Shown here: positions 1-11,646 of the stretch, one piece after another
Position numbering within the stretch: position 1 is the first letter of the stretch
Layout of the letters: every line of letters starts with the position of its first letter
Assembly (NCBI GenBank): GCA_035540555.1
Contig: DATLGJ010000043.1
Coordinates: 36,007-100,006 of the forward strand
Direction: 5' to 3'
Origin: Candidatus Limnocylindrales bacterium
GTDB taxonomy: Bacteria > Chloroflexota > Limnocylindria > Limnocylindrales > CSP1-4
DNA: 64,000 nt
Made by a program: the position numbers and the translations under genes
Notes under the pieces: generated by a model
What the model was told of the DNA's origin: nothing
The model's database searches: none
Seen by the model: the letters and a program-made list of their open reading frames with translations, nothing else

Positions 1-1272
1 GGCCAGCTGCGGGCCAACCCGCGATATCGCGTTGTTGATCGCCGAGGCGAGGCCGGCCTGTCGACCGGGCACCGAGCGCATCAAGGCGGTGGTCAGCGGC
101 GCGACCATGATCGCCACACCCAAACCCTGGACCAGCATCGCCGGCAGAACGTCAAGCAGATAGCCCGTGCCCGGCACGTAGGTCTGGGGATCACCCAGGC
201 TGAGCTGCCAGGCCTGACTCTCGGCAGGCATCCGCGCCAGCCAAAGGGTGCCCGTGCCCATCAGCAGCGGACCGATTGCCATGAACCGTCTCGGCCCGAG
301 CCGGCTGGCCAACCCGCCGAAGCGCGCTGACAGGAAGACGAGGAAGAGTGAGTTCGGGATCATGCCCAGGCCCACCGCCGCGGCGCTGTAGCCGAGAGTC
401 CCCTGCAGGTAGATCGGGACGAGGAAGAAGACGACGTAGAGCGATCCGTAGATCAGCAGCGTCGACAGGTTGGTTACGCTGAAGTTGCGCGAGCGGAACA
501 TCGACAGCGGCACGAGCGGGTGGCGGACGCGGGCGAAGTAGAAGGGCAGCGCGACGGCCGACAGCGCACCGGCCGCCAGCGCGACCAGGGCGAGCGGGTC
601 GGCCCACTGGCGCTGCTCCCCGTAGATCGCACCGAAGCTGAGGCCCCCCACGGCCAGCGCCACGAGCAGCGCGCCCGGCCAGTCGAAGTGGCGCACCGCC
701 TCGGGGTCGCGGCTCTCGGCGACGTGCGTTCGGAGTGCCCATATCGCCAGGGCGATAAACGGCAGGTTGAGCAGGAAGATGGCCCGCCAGCTGACCTCCT
801 GCACCAGTACACCGCCGACGAACGGCCCGAGGATGACCGACGCGCCGGAGGCTGCCGCCCAGATGCCGAAGGCCCGGCCCTGCTCCTCGCCGCTGAATGC
901 GTTGGTCAGCAGTGCGAGCGAGGCGGGCACAAGCAGTGCTCCGGCAGCGCCCTGCAACAGCCGGAACAGGACCAGCAGCTCCAGGTTGGGGGCCAGTCCG
1001 CAGGCGAGCGAGGTGAGCGCGAAGCTGACCAGGCCGAGCCCGAACATGCGCCGCCTGCCGTGATAGTCGGTCAGCGCACCGGCCAGCACGAGCAGGGCGG
1101 AGAGCGTGAGCAGGTAGCCGTAGTGGACGTAGTTGAGCGCCTCGAAGACATCGAGGAACAGGCGCGGCTCCTGGCCTATGCGAGCCAGCGCGACGGGCAG
1201 CACTGACGAGTCGAGGAACACCACGGCCGACCCGAGCACAGCCGCAACGAGGGTCCAGGTCTTGCTGCTCAT
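1..1272 (-). CDS. MFS transporter, DHA2/EmrB-QacA-like (partial; C-terminus lies beyond the window edge)
   Basis: Absent from the ORF track because the frame stays open to position 1. Hand translation from ATG at 1272..1270 gives MSSKTWTLVAAVLGSAVVFLDSSVLPVALARIG...TDYHGRRRMFGLGLVSFALTSLACGLAPNLELLVLFRLLQGAAGALLVPASLALL... The LDSSV, GRRR and RLLQGxxGA motifs and repeated hydrophobic spans are typical of drug:H+ antiporter MFS proteins. Listed ORFs 191..1609(-) and 520..1206(+) are shadow frames. Confidence 0.8.
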   Translation of the reverse strand, partial: MSSKTWTLVAAVLGSAVVFLDSSVLPVALARIGQEPRLFLDVFEALNYVHYGYLLTLSALLVLAGALTDYHGRRRMFGLGLVSFALTSLACGLAPNLELLVLFRLLQGAAGALLVPASLALLTNAFSGEEQGRAFGIWAAASGASVILGPFVGGVLVQEVSWRAIFLLNLPFIALAIWALRTHVAESRDPEAVRHFDWPGALLVALAVGGLSFGAIYGEQRQWADPLALVALAAGALSAVALPFYFARVRHPLVPLSMFRSRNFSVTNLSTLLIYGSLYVVFFLVPIYLQGTLGYSAAAVGLGMIPNSLFLVFLSARFGGLASRLGPRRFMAIGPLLMGTGTLWLARMPAESQAWQLSLGDPQTYVPGTGYLLDVLPAMLVQGLGVAIMVAPLTTALMRSVPGRQAGLASAINNAISRVGPQLA

Positions 1273-1317
1273 GCTCCCTCGGCTGCGCGCTGGAAGTGTG
1301 TGCCCCGGCGGCCATCC

Positions 1318-1323
1318 TACAAT
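1318..1323 (+). promoter_or_regulatory. candidate -10 box TACAAT upstream of the inositol monophosphatase gene
   Basis: TACAAT (5/6 match to TATAAT) lies in the divergent MFS/IMPase intergenic region. An in-frame GTG at 1331 follows 7 nt later (possible leaderless start); the ATG at 1346 is 22 nt downstream. No convincing -35. Confidence 0.3.
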
Positions 1324-1345
1324 CCGGTCCGTGCCCGAGACTGCC

Positions 1346-2164
1346 ATGCAGGCCCAGCCGCTGCCCTATGCCGGCGAGCTCGGCGTGGCTGTCGAGGCAG
1401 CACGCCGGGCGGGGCAGCTGCAGGTCGAGCGTTACGAGCGACTGGAGAGCATCGTCCACAAGTCGGCCTTTGATGTCGTCACCGAGGTCGACGGGATGTC
1501 GGAGCAGCTGATCATCGGCGCCATCAGCCGGGCCTACCCTGGGGATGGCTTCGTCGCCGAGGAATCGGGCCGCACTCACGTCATCTCCCCGGAGGGGACG
1601 GGCGGCCACCCACCGCCCCGGCGTATGTGGGTCATCGATCCGCTCGACGGGACGGTCAACTATGCCAACGGGATCCCGTTCTTCTGCGTCAGCATCGGGC
1701 TGGTCGAGGCGGGCCAGCCGGTTGCCGGTGTCGTCTACGACCCGCTCCGCGACGATCTCTTCACGGCCGTGGCGGGCGGCGGCGCGCTGCTGGATGGCAA
1801 GCCCATCGGCAACCCGGCGAAGGAGAAGATGACCGACATGGTCGTCTCGCTGGCGCTTCCGCGTCGTGGCTGGTCCAGGCGCGAGCAGGCCATCCGCAAG
1901 AGCATCCGGGTGGCTCGGGTCATGGGCAGCGCGGCCCTTTCGCTGGCCTATGTGGCGAACGGCCGCTTCGATGCGTTCGTCCAGTCAGGCGGCCTGTCGC
2001 TGTGGGACATCACCGCCGCGGGCCTGATCGCCGCCGAGGGCGGCGCATCGGTCACAACGCTGGCCGGCGGCCCCTGGTTCGACCTTGCCCACCCGGACAG
2101 GTCGATCGGTCTCGTCGCCGCCGCGCCCACCCATCACCCGACATTGCTGCAGATGCTCAGCTGA
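1346..2164 (+). CDS. inositol monophosphatase family protein (SuhB/ImpA-like)
   Basis: Internal part of ORF 1133..2164. Family motifs FVAEESG, WVIDPLDGTVNYANG and WDITAAGLIAAEGG are present. The region upstream of 1346 overlaps the MFS gene and is Arg/Ser-rich junk. An alternative in-frame GTG start is at 1331. Confidence 0.9.
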   Translation: MQAQPLPYAGELGVAVEAARRAGQLQVERYERLESIVHKSAFDVVTEVDGMSEQLIIGAISRAYPGDGFVAEESGRTHVISPEGTGGHPPPRRMWVIDPLDGTVNYANGIPFFCVSIGLVEAGQPVAGVVYDPLRDDLFTAVAGGGALLDGKPIGNPAKEKMTDMVVSLALPRRGWSRREQAIRKSIRVARVMGSAALSLAYVANGRFDAFVQSGGLSLWDITAAGLIAAEGGASVTTLAGGPWFDLAHPDRSIGLVAAAPTHHPTLLQMLS

Positions 2165-2192
2165 TGGGCGGCCGCGCCTGCTGGCAGGCGGC

Positions 2193-3047
2193 GTGAGCCG
2201 CTGGCTGCCCTACGAGGAGGTCCACGGCCGGCGCCACACGGTGACCGGCGAGGTGCGCGTCTGGCGGCGGCTGGATGGCGCCCCCGGCATCCCCGGCCGC
2301 GAGATCCTCGTTTGGCTGCCGCCGTCGCTGGTGGCCGGCCGGGGCGCCGGGCATCGCTATCCGACCCTCTACTTCCACGACGGCCAGAATGTCTTCGACG
2401 CGCACACCTCCTATGCGGGGGAGTGGCGCGCCGACGAAGCGCTCGAGGCGCTGGCGCGCGACGGAATCGAGGCCATTGCCGTGGCCATCCCGAACTCCGG
2501 TGATGGCCGGATGGACGAGTACAACCCGTGGCGCTCGAGCGAGCCCATGTGGCGCGAAGGCCAGATGGTCGGCGGCAAAGGGGATGCCTACCTCGACTGG
2601 CTGGTCGGCCGAGTGAAGCCGCTCGTCGACCGGTCCTTCCCGACCAGCCCCGAGCGGATGGAGACGGGCATCATCGGCTCATCGATGGGGGGCCTGATCA
2701 GCATCTACGGCCTGCTCACGCACGCCGAGACCTTCGGGCTCGCCGGCGTCATCAGTCCTTCGATTCGCTGGAGCAGATACGGGATCCTGCGCGAGATAGT
2801 GCAGCGGGGACTTCCTCCGGCACGGGTCCACCTCGACATGGGTGGGCGCGAATGGCGCGGCGGCTTCGCGGATGCCCGACGCCTGCGCGACGCGCTGGTA
2901 GGTGCGGGTATGAAGGTCGGACGGGACCTGCGTTACGTGGAGGACCGGCACGCGCCGCACAACGAGCCGGCATGGGCGCGCCGGCTGCCCGATGCGCTGC
3001 GATTCCTGCTGACCGGGGAGGAGGCGCTGCGCGCTAGGGTCGAGTGA
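2193..3047 (+). CDS. alpha/beta-hydrolase, putative esterase family (esterase D / enterochelin esterase-like)
   Basis: ORF 2085..3047 contains YPTLYFHDGQNVF, MDEYNPW and GDAYLDWL, plus the nucleophile elbow GSSMGG. I prefer the in-frame GTG at 2193 because the 5' part of the ORF overlaps the upstream gene. Confidence 0.8.
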   Translation: MSRWLPYEEVHGRRHTVTGEVRVWRRLDGAPGIPGREILVWLPPSLVAGRGAGHRYPTLYFHDGQNVFDAHTSYAGEWRADEALEALARDGIEAIAVAIPNSGDGRMDEYNPWRSSEPMWREGQMVGGKGDAYLDWLVGRVKPLVDRSFPTSPERMETGIIGSSMGGLISIYGLLTHAETFGLAGVISPSIRWSRYGILREIVQRGLPPARVHLDMGGREWRGGFADARRLRDALVGAGMKVGRDLRYVEDRHAPHNEPAWARRLPDALRFLLTGEEALRARVE

Positions 3048-5277
3048 AGGACAGCCGCATGTAGTCGGCACGCGCGTAGAAGGTGCCCACACCGGTCGTG
3101 CAGCGAACGCGGACGCGCAGCTCACCCGTGGCGGCGCTGCCGCCTACGTACGAAGACAGTGCGCCCGGCAGGCCAGCGCTGATCAGCACCTTGGTCGTGC
3201 CCACGGTACGCGCATCGAGCTGGACCCAGCTGCCGCTGGCGTAGCTCCAGGCCTGGACGACCTGGCTGCAGGCACGCGTGTTGCGTCCAGCGTACGAGAC
3301 GGTCAGTGACAGCGCGTCGCGCGGCACGTTGGCAAAGCGCGCGTACCACGAGCTCGTGAAGGTCTTACGGAGCGTCGAGTTGACCTCGAAGAATGAGCCG
3401 TCATTGGCTGCCAGCCGGCCATGGCCGCCCGAGCGCACGGAGCGCTGCTCGAGGACCACCGCGACCGGTGCGCTGGCGCCGCTGCTGATCGTCCTGAACG
3501 TCCACTCGACCGGCTGGGCGAGGTTCGTCCCCTCGGCGCTGCGAGCCGTAGCCTCGACACGGGCCCGCAGCGTCGTCCCCTCCGGCAGCGCGGCCGACGG
3601 ATGGAACACCATCGTGTCGGACTGCCACGCGAACGTCCCGCTGACCGTCGCGCCGTTGGGCCGCGTCAGCGAGAAGGCGGCCTGGGTGACGACGCGGTTG
3701 ACCGGTCGATCGAAGGTGACCCTGACCTCCGTCCCCGTTGGCTGGCCGACGCTGCCGGCGACAGGCGACGTGGCCATCACCTGCGGTGCGGGTCCGAGCG
3801 CCTGCGGGTCGCCCGAGCCGCTGGGCGGCTGGACGCCGACGCGCAGCAGGTGGCCATAGTGACGTCCACTGATGGGCCTGAGCGGATCTCCGGTAAAGCC
3901 GTAGCCGCTCGAGGCCTGGCTGGCGGCCTGAGCCTCCTGGCGCATCCGGGCAATGATCTGCGCCGGCGGCAGGCCGGCGCAGGGCCCGGGCTCGCCGCCG
4001 CTGTCGAGGCAGAGCGCGACCGCAGCGGCGACATGCGGGCTGGCCATGCTCGTGCCGCTCATCAGCGTGTACCCGCCGCCGGCGGCCGTCGAGCGGACGC
4101 ACGTGCCGGGAGCCGCGATGAGGTGGGCCAGGCCGGTCGATGTCTGAGCCCAGTTGGAGAATGAGGCGAAGCGGTCATCGGGCTCGCTGAGCCCGCCGCA
4201 GGTGGCAGCGCCGCCGGTGGCACCCGGCCGTCCGTCGGTGTCGGTCATCGCCGTGACGGTGAGGACCTCCGGATAAGCGGCGGGCACGTTCGGCTGCGTG
4301 GCGTGGTCGAACTGCCAGCCTTCGTTGCCGGCCGCGACGACAAAGGTGACGCCGGCCGCCGTTGCGCGACAGATGGCCTTGTGCAGCGCGTCCGTGGTTG
4401 TGGCACAGGACTTCACCTGCGGGCCAAGGCCGCCGAGGCTGAGGTTGGCCACCCGGATGTCGTTGTCCGGGTTTTCGTCGGTGAGCGTCGAGGTCACCCA
4501 ATCGATTCCACAGATCACCTGCGACCAGAGGCCCTCGCCGCCGGCGTTGAGGACCTTGACCGAGACCAGTCGCGTGCCGGGGGCGACCCCGACCACGCCG
4601 GCGCCGTTGTTGCGCGCCCCGATGGTGCCGGCAACGTGCGTACCGTGGCCGTTGTCGTCGATCGCCGGCTTCGACCCGACGCAGTTGATGCCGTGGGCCG
4701 CGTTCAGGTCCGGGTGGGCGAGGTCGATCCCGGAGTCGATGACGGCAACGCTCGCGCCGCTGGGGTCGCGCACTAGGTCAGTCGTGGCGGCCTCGACCCG
4801 GCGTACGCCGGCGGGGACGTTCTCGCCCGCCTTCAGTGGGAAGCCATTGATCGCGCGGACCGGGCGATCCTCGCTGACCATCGCTACGTTGGGGTCGGCG
4901 CGCAGCCGGGCGACCTGCTCCGGGGTCAGATGGGCAGCGAAGGCCTTGAGCAGCGGGAACTCGCGCGTCGGCTCGAACCCGCGGACGGCCTGCAGCGCAC
5001 GGATCGCACGGCCCGTCTCGCCCACGTGGTCGCGCAGGACGACGATATAGGCGCCTTGCCCTGCAGGCTCGAGCTGCGCATCGCGCGCCGATGCGGGGAG
5101 CGCCGCTGTGACGAGCAGGACAAGCACGCCGAGGGCGGCGGGCAACCGAGACCGGTAAGCCTTGATGACGGTAACCCCCACGTCGCTTGATGGCCCCTCT
5201 GCCTCGTGTGCGAGGCTCGCCGGAGGATAGCAGCCGCCCGCCCGCCGCCCAATCGGCCAAAAGGCACCTATCCGCAC
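3034..5277 (-). CDS. secreted subtilisin-like serine protease (peptidase S8) with I9 propeptide, Ig-like (SbsA/Big_5-type) and beta-sandwich C-terminal domains
   Basis: Catalytic motifs are VAVIDSGID (Asp), HGTHVAGTIGA (His), AAGNEG (oxyanion Asn) and GTSMASPHVAAA (Ser). The signal peptide is LPAALGVLVLLVTAALPASA. An alternative GTG start at 5181 would give a shorter leader. Confidence 0.9.
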   Translation of the reverse strand: MRIGAFWPIGRRAGGCYPPASLAHEAEGPSSDVGVTVIKAYRSRLPAALGVLVLLVTAALPASARDAQLEPAGQGAYIVVLRDHVGETGRAIRALQAVRGFEPTREFPLLKAFAAHLTPEQVARLRADPNVAMVSEDRPVRAINGFPLKAGENVPAGVRRVEAATTDLVRDPSGASVAVIDSGIDLAHPDLNAAHGINCVGSKPAIDDNGHGTHVAGTIGARNNGAGVVGVAPGTRLVSVKVLNAGGEGLWSQVICGIDWVTSTLTDENPDNDIRVANLSLGGLGPQVKSCATTTDALHKAICRATAAGVTFVVAAGNEGWQFDHATQPNVPAAYPEVLTVTAMTDTDGRPGATGGAATCGGLSEPDDRFASFSNWAQTSTGLAHLIAAPGTCVRSTAAGGGYTLMSGTSMASPHVAAAVALCLDSGGEPGPCAGLPPAQIIARMRQEAQAASQASSGYGFTGDPLRPISGRHYGHLLRVGVQPPSGSGDPQALGPAPQVMATSPVAGSVGQPTGTEVRVTFDRPVNRVVTQAAFSLTRPNGATVSGTFAWQSDTMVFHPSAALPEGTTLRARVEATARSAEGTNLAQPVEWTFRTISSGASAPVAVVLEQRSVRSGGHGRLAANDGSFFEVNSTLRKTFTSSWYARFANVPRDALSLTVSYAGRNTRACSQVVQAWSYASGSWVQLDARTVGTTKVLISAGLPGALSSYVGGSAATGELRVRVRCTTGVGTFYARADYMRLSFTRP

Positions 5278-5313
5278 ACGCGGTGGCCGTGAGCGTGAAA
5301 GCGACCGACAGGC

Positions 5314-5337
5314 GCGACCGTCCGGCAGGACCGTCGC
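5314..5337 (-). terminator. GC-rich hairpin downstream of the exonuclease gene (possible terminator, no clear U-tract)
   Basis: Arms gcgaccgtcc / ggaccgtcgc form a 10-bp stem with one mismatch and a ggca loop, 33 nt past the stop at 5370. Confidence 0.3.
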
Positions 5338-5369
5338 GTTTCATGGCCGGCGACAGCAGGGTCGGCGAC

Positions 5370-6260
5370 TCAGTCGGCCCAGCGGTGGACCCGTTCACTG
5401 AGCGCCGGTTGGCCCAGCCGCTCGGCCATCGCCACAAAGGCGGCACGGGGCGCCCCCCGCCAGCGCAGCTGGTCGAGGGACTGTGGGATCGGCGCATCGA
5501 GCGACATGGTGGCCAGCTCGCGGAACAGGAAGGCCAGCTGGCGGTGCTCGCGAAGCGACGCGGCCAGCTTGGCTGCGCCGCGCACGGTGACGTCCCACCG
5601 GGCGACGGAGTCGGGAATGTCCTCCAGGTGCGGATAGCGGCTGAGCACGGCCGCTGCCGACAGCTTGCCCCAGCCGGGAATGCCCGGGTAGCCATCGGAC
5701 GAATCGCCGACCAGCGCAAGGAAGTCGGGGATGCTGGCGGGCGATACCCCGAAGCGTGCGCGTACGCCGTCCGCATTCGAGAACTCGCGCTTGCGCCGGT
5801 CGTACTGGACCACGCGACCATCCTCGCGCACCGATTGCGCAAGGTCCTTGTCCGGCGTCAGGATGACCACCCGTTCTACCGCCGCATCGTCGGCAAAGCG
5901 GACCGCCGCCGCGCCGAGCGCGTCGTCGGCCTCGTATTCGACCATCGGCCACACGACCACGCCCAGGGCGCGCAGCGCATCCTCGGCCAGCGGGAACTGG
6001 TCGAGCAGCTCGACCGGCACGCCGGCCTCGGTCTTGTAGCCCGCCCAGCGCTCGTTGCGCCACGATCGTATGACGTGGTCGGTCGCACAGCCGAGATGCG
6101 TTACGCCGTCTTCGCGCAGCAGCGCCAGCGTGCTCTCGATCAGCCCGACGGTCGCCTTGACCGGCCTGCCCGATGGATCGCGCGCGTCGGGCCGGCCCGG
6201 CGAGAAGTGGGCCCTGAACAGCTCATAGGTCGCGTCGAGGAGGTGAACCTGGAACGTCAC
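5370..6260 (-). CDS. 5'-3' exonuclease / flap endonuclease (Pol I N-terminal domain-like, standalone)
   Basis: C-terminal 297 codons of ORF 5370..6530. Sequence: VTFQVHLLDATYELFRAHF..., EYEADDALGAAA, ILTPDKDLAQ, and the H3TH segment LVGDSSDGYPGIPGWGKLSAAAVL. The GTG start at 6260 overlaps the ppgK stop (GTGA). Confidence 0.85.
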   Translation of the reverse strand: MTFQVHLLDATYELFRAHFSPGRPDARDPSGRPVKATVGLIESTLALLREDGVTHLGCATDHVIRSWRNERWAGYKTEAGVPVELLDQFPLAEDALRALGVVVWPMVEYEADDALGAAAVRFADDAAVERVVILTPDKDLAQSVREDGRVVQYDRRKREFSNADGVRARFGVSPASIPDFLALVGDSSDGYPGIPGWGKLSAAAVLSRYPHLEDIPDSVARWDVTVRGAAKLAASLREHRQLAFLFRELATMSLDAPIPQSLDQLRWRGAPRAAFVAMAERLGQPALSERVHRWAD

Positions 6261-7099
6261 CGGCCGTCGCCGGCGACGGCCTCGGCCAGCTCCGGGGCAG
6301 TCGGCACGGGCGCCTGGTAGCTCTCCATCTCGGCGGCGTGCATTGCCGCGCCGATGATCCCCGAGGCATTCTGGAAGTGGGCCGGAACGATCGGCGCCCG
6401 GGTGCGCAGCCGGTCGCTGAACTCGGCAAAGGCCTTGCTCACCCCACCGCCGAGGATGATCAGGTCCGGCCAGAGATAGGCCTCCAACCTGCCGAGGTAG
6501 ACGTTGAATTCCTCCGCCCAGTCGCGCCATTTCAGCTTGCGCCGCGTTCGGGCAGCACCGGACAGGCGCGTCTCGGCGGCCCGCCCGCTCATGCGCAGGT
6601 GGCCCAGCTCGGTGTTCGGGTAGAGCACGCCGCGCCGGAACAGGGCGCTGCCGATGCCGGTCCCGACGGTGAGCATCAGCACCGAGCCGTGCTGGCCGCG
6701 GCCGGCTCCGAAGGCCATCTCGGCCATGCCCGCCGCGTCGGCATCGTTGATCGCATGCACGCGCCGGCCGATCGCCGCGCCGATCACGTCCCCGGCCGGC
6801 TCGTCAGACCAGCCGGGGCCGATGTTGACCGCCGTGACCAGCTGGCGATCCAGCACGACCCCCGGCAGCCCGCAGCCGACCGGAAGGTCCGGTGGCAGCT
6901 CGACCCCCTCGGCCAGCCGATGAACGATCTGGCCTATCACCTCGGCGACTGAGCCGGGCGTGGCAGGGACGGGAGTTCGAACGCGGATGCGCGCGCCCAC
7001 CAGCCGGCCCGTCTCGAGATCGACTACGCCCGCCTTGACGCCGGTGCCGCCGACGTCGATCCCCAGCCCATGCCTGGCCACGGTCATGGCGGTCAGCAT
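6257..7099 (-). CDS. ppgK: polyphosphate/ATP glucokinase (ROK family)
   Basis: GIDVGGTGVKAGVVDL (ATP/polyP-binding N-terminus), NDADAAGMAEMAFGAG, LTVGTGIGSALF, and ELGHL...LIILGGGVSK. An alternative ATG is at 7087. Confidence 0.85.
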   Translation of the reverse strand: MLTAMTVARHGLGIDVGGTGVKAGVVDLETGRLVGARIRVRTPVPATPGSVAEVIGQIVHRLAEGVELPPDLPVGCGLPGVVLDRQLVTAVNIGPGWSDEPAGDVIGAAIGRRVHAINDADAAGMAEMAFGAGRGQHGSVLMLTVGTGIGSALFRRGVLYPNTELGHLRMSGRAAETRLSGAARTRRKLKWRDWAEEFNVYLGRLEAYLWPDLIILGGGVSKAFAEFSDRLRTRAPIVPAHFQNASGIIGAAMHAAEMESYQAPVPTAPELAEAVAGDGR

Positions 7100-7202
7100 A
7101 GCGGCCCGCCGTCAGCACCACGATCGCCGGCTGAGCTGGTCGGTGAGCGGCGAGCGCAGTCAACGACGGTCGGCGGCCATCGAACGTAAGATGGCCATGT
7201 AG

Positions 7203-9932
<2,730 letters not shown>

Positions 9933-9970
9933 TCCTGCGACGCCTCGCCTTCGTCCTGCTGCTCTCGGGG

Positions 9971-10276
9971 ATGACAGTCATGGCGATCGTCGTCGCCCAG
10001 TCCGCCCAGCCCCATGCGCTGACCGAGCGCATCGGGGGCGTTGTCGTAGCAGTTGACGGACCCGACCTCGCGCGCGTCGACAACTTCACGCTGAGGACGG
10101 ACGATGGGCGCACGCTCGCCTTCGAGGTGGAGGTGCTTGCCCTGACCGACGGTGGAAAGCCAGCGCCCCACCTGCGCGAGCACCTGGCCAGCGGCGAGCC
10201 TGTCGAGGTCGAGTACCGCGACGCCGGCGGCCGACTGCTGGCCGTCCGCTACCGCGACGCGCCCGAGTCGAGCTGA
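9971..10276 (+). CDS. hypothetical small protein (101 aa)
   Basis: The ORF has coding-like third-position GC and no shadow-frame composition. It sits 12 nt upstream of the next gene. I recognise no family. Confidence 0.45.
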   Translation: MTVMAIVVAQSAQPHALTERIGGVVVAVDGPDLARVDNFTLRTDDGRTLAFEVEVLALTDGGKPAPHLREHLASGEPVEVEYRDAGGRLLAVRYRDAPESS

Positions 10277-10288
10277 GCCAGGCCACCG

Positions 10289-11617
10289 ATGCGACCAAGA
10301 GCGATGAGCGCGCTGATGGCGGGGGTGCTGGTCGTGGCCGCCTGCGGGCCGGCGGGCCAGCAGACGCCGTCGCCGGGGCTGCCCCGAACGGCCGGAACGC
10401 CCACCGAAGCGCCTGACCAGCCGGGTGAGACGACCCGGCCCACGCCGCCGCCCGCGGGGCCATCGCCCGCTGTGTCGATTACCGCCCCCACCGACCCCGC
10501 GCTACCCACCACGGCGCCGGTCACACCCGTCCGGGCGCCAGCAATCACGTTCGAGGTCGTCGCCGACGGCTTCGACAATCTGACCTTCCTGACCCACGCT
10601 GGTGACGGATCCGGGCTGATCTACGTGGTCGAGCAGCGCGGCATCATCCACGTGGGGACGCCGGACGGCGTGTTCCGTGAGGATCCCTTCCTGGACATCA
10701 GCGACCGGGTCAGCTTTGCCGGCGAGCGAGGGCTGCTCGGGCTGGCGTTCCACCCCGCGTTCGACGAGAACCGGCGGTTCTTCGTGAACTACAGCGCACG
10801 CGACGGCGCCAACGTGGTGGCCGAGCTCCGCGCCGGCGCCACGGTCGACGATCCGGCCGAAGCTGCCAGCGAGCGTGTACTGCTGCGCATCGAGCAGCCG
10901 TTCCCGAACCACAACGGCGGCATGCTGGCGTTCGGGCCGGAGGGGATGCTCTACATCTCGAGCGGCGACGGCGGCGGCGCGGGAGACCCGCTCGAGGCCG
11001 GTCAGGACCGAACCACTCTGCTGGGCAAGGTCCTGCGAGTGGATGTGGACGCCGACCCCTACGGGATCCCGGCCGACAACCCCTTCGCCGGCGGCGCGGA
11101 CGGTGCCCGGCCCGAGATATGGGCCTATGGCCTGCGCAATCCGTGGCGGATCAGCTTCGACCGCCGGACGGGCGCGCTGTTCATCGCCGACGTGGGCCAG
11201 GACCGCTTCGAGGAGATCAACGTCGAGCCGTCCGGCGTGGGTGGTGGTCGCAACTACGGCTGGAACGTCATGGAGGGCCCGGCGTGCTTCGGCCAGTCGG
11301 ACTGCGACAGCTCAGGCATGGTGCCGCCGATCGCCTGGTACCAGACCGGCAGCGACTGCGCGGTCACCGGGGGGTACGTCTACCGCGGCGGCGAGGTCGG
11401 CGATCTGGCGGGCTTCTATCTCTTCTCCGACTACTGCAGCGGCACCGTCTGGGCACTTGACGCCGAGCATGCGCTGCGGGCGACCGAACTGCCGGTGCCC
11501 GTTCACGAGGTCGGCCGAAGCGACATCAACGTGACCAGCTTCGGTGAGGACGAGGCCGGCGAGGTCTACCTTCTGGGCGCCGGCGGACAGGTGCTGCGCG
11601 TGGTGGCCGCCGACTGA
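10289..11617 (+). CDS. PQQ-dependent sugar dehydrogenase (soluble glucose/sorbosone dehydrogenase family), lipoprotein
   Basis: Lipobox-like LVVAAC. Also HNGGMLAFGPEGMLYISSGDGG, LLGKVLRVDVD, PADNPF, WAYGLRNPWRISFD, FIADVGQDRFEEIN and NYGWNVMEG. Confidence 0.85.
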   Translation: MRPRAMSALMAGVLVVAACGPAGQQTPSPGLPRTAGTPTEAPDQPGETTRPTPPPAGPSPAVSITAPTDPALPTTAPVTPVRAPAITFEVVADGFDNLTFLTHAGDGSGLIYVVEQRGIIHVGTPDGVFREDPFLDISDRVSFAGERGLLGLAFHPAFDENRRFFVNYSARDGANVVAELRAGATVDDPAEAASERVLLRIEQPFPNHNGGMLAFGPEGMLYISSGDGGGAGDPLEAGQDRTTLLGKVLRVDVDADPYGIPADNPFAGGADGARPEIWAYGLRNPWRISFDRRTGALFIADVGQDRFEEINVEPSGVGGGRNYGWNVMEGPACFGQSDCDSSGMVPPIAWYQTGSDCAVTGGYVYRGGEVGDLAGFYLFSDYCSGTVWALDAEHALRATELPVPVHEVGRSDINVTSFGEDEAGEVYLLGAGGQVLRVVAAD

Positions 11618-11646
11618 TCCGCGGGCGGCCCCTCCGGGAGAGTGGT

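Noticed and set aside
191-1609. A 472-aa ORF on the minus strand (and 520..1206 on the plus strand) covering the first 1.6 kb.
   Set aside because: Its composition is Arg/Pro/Gly/Ala-rich with no motifs. The third minus frame encodes a convincing MFS transporter and the plus strand from 1346 an IMPase. These are shadow ORFs typical of high-GC DNA.
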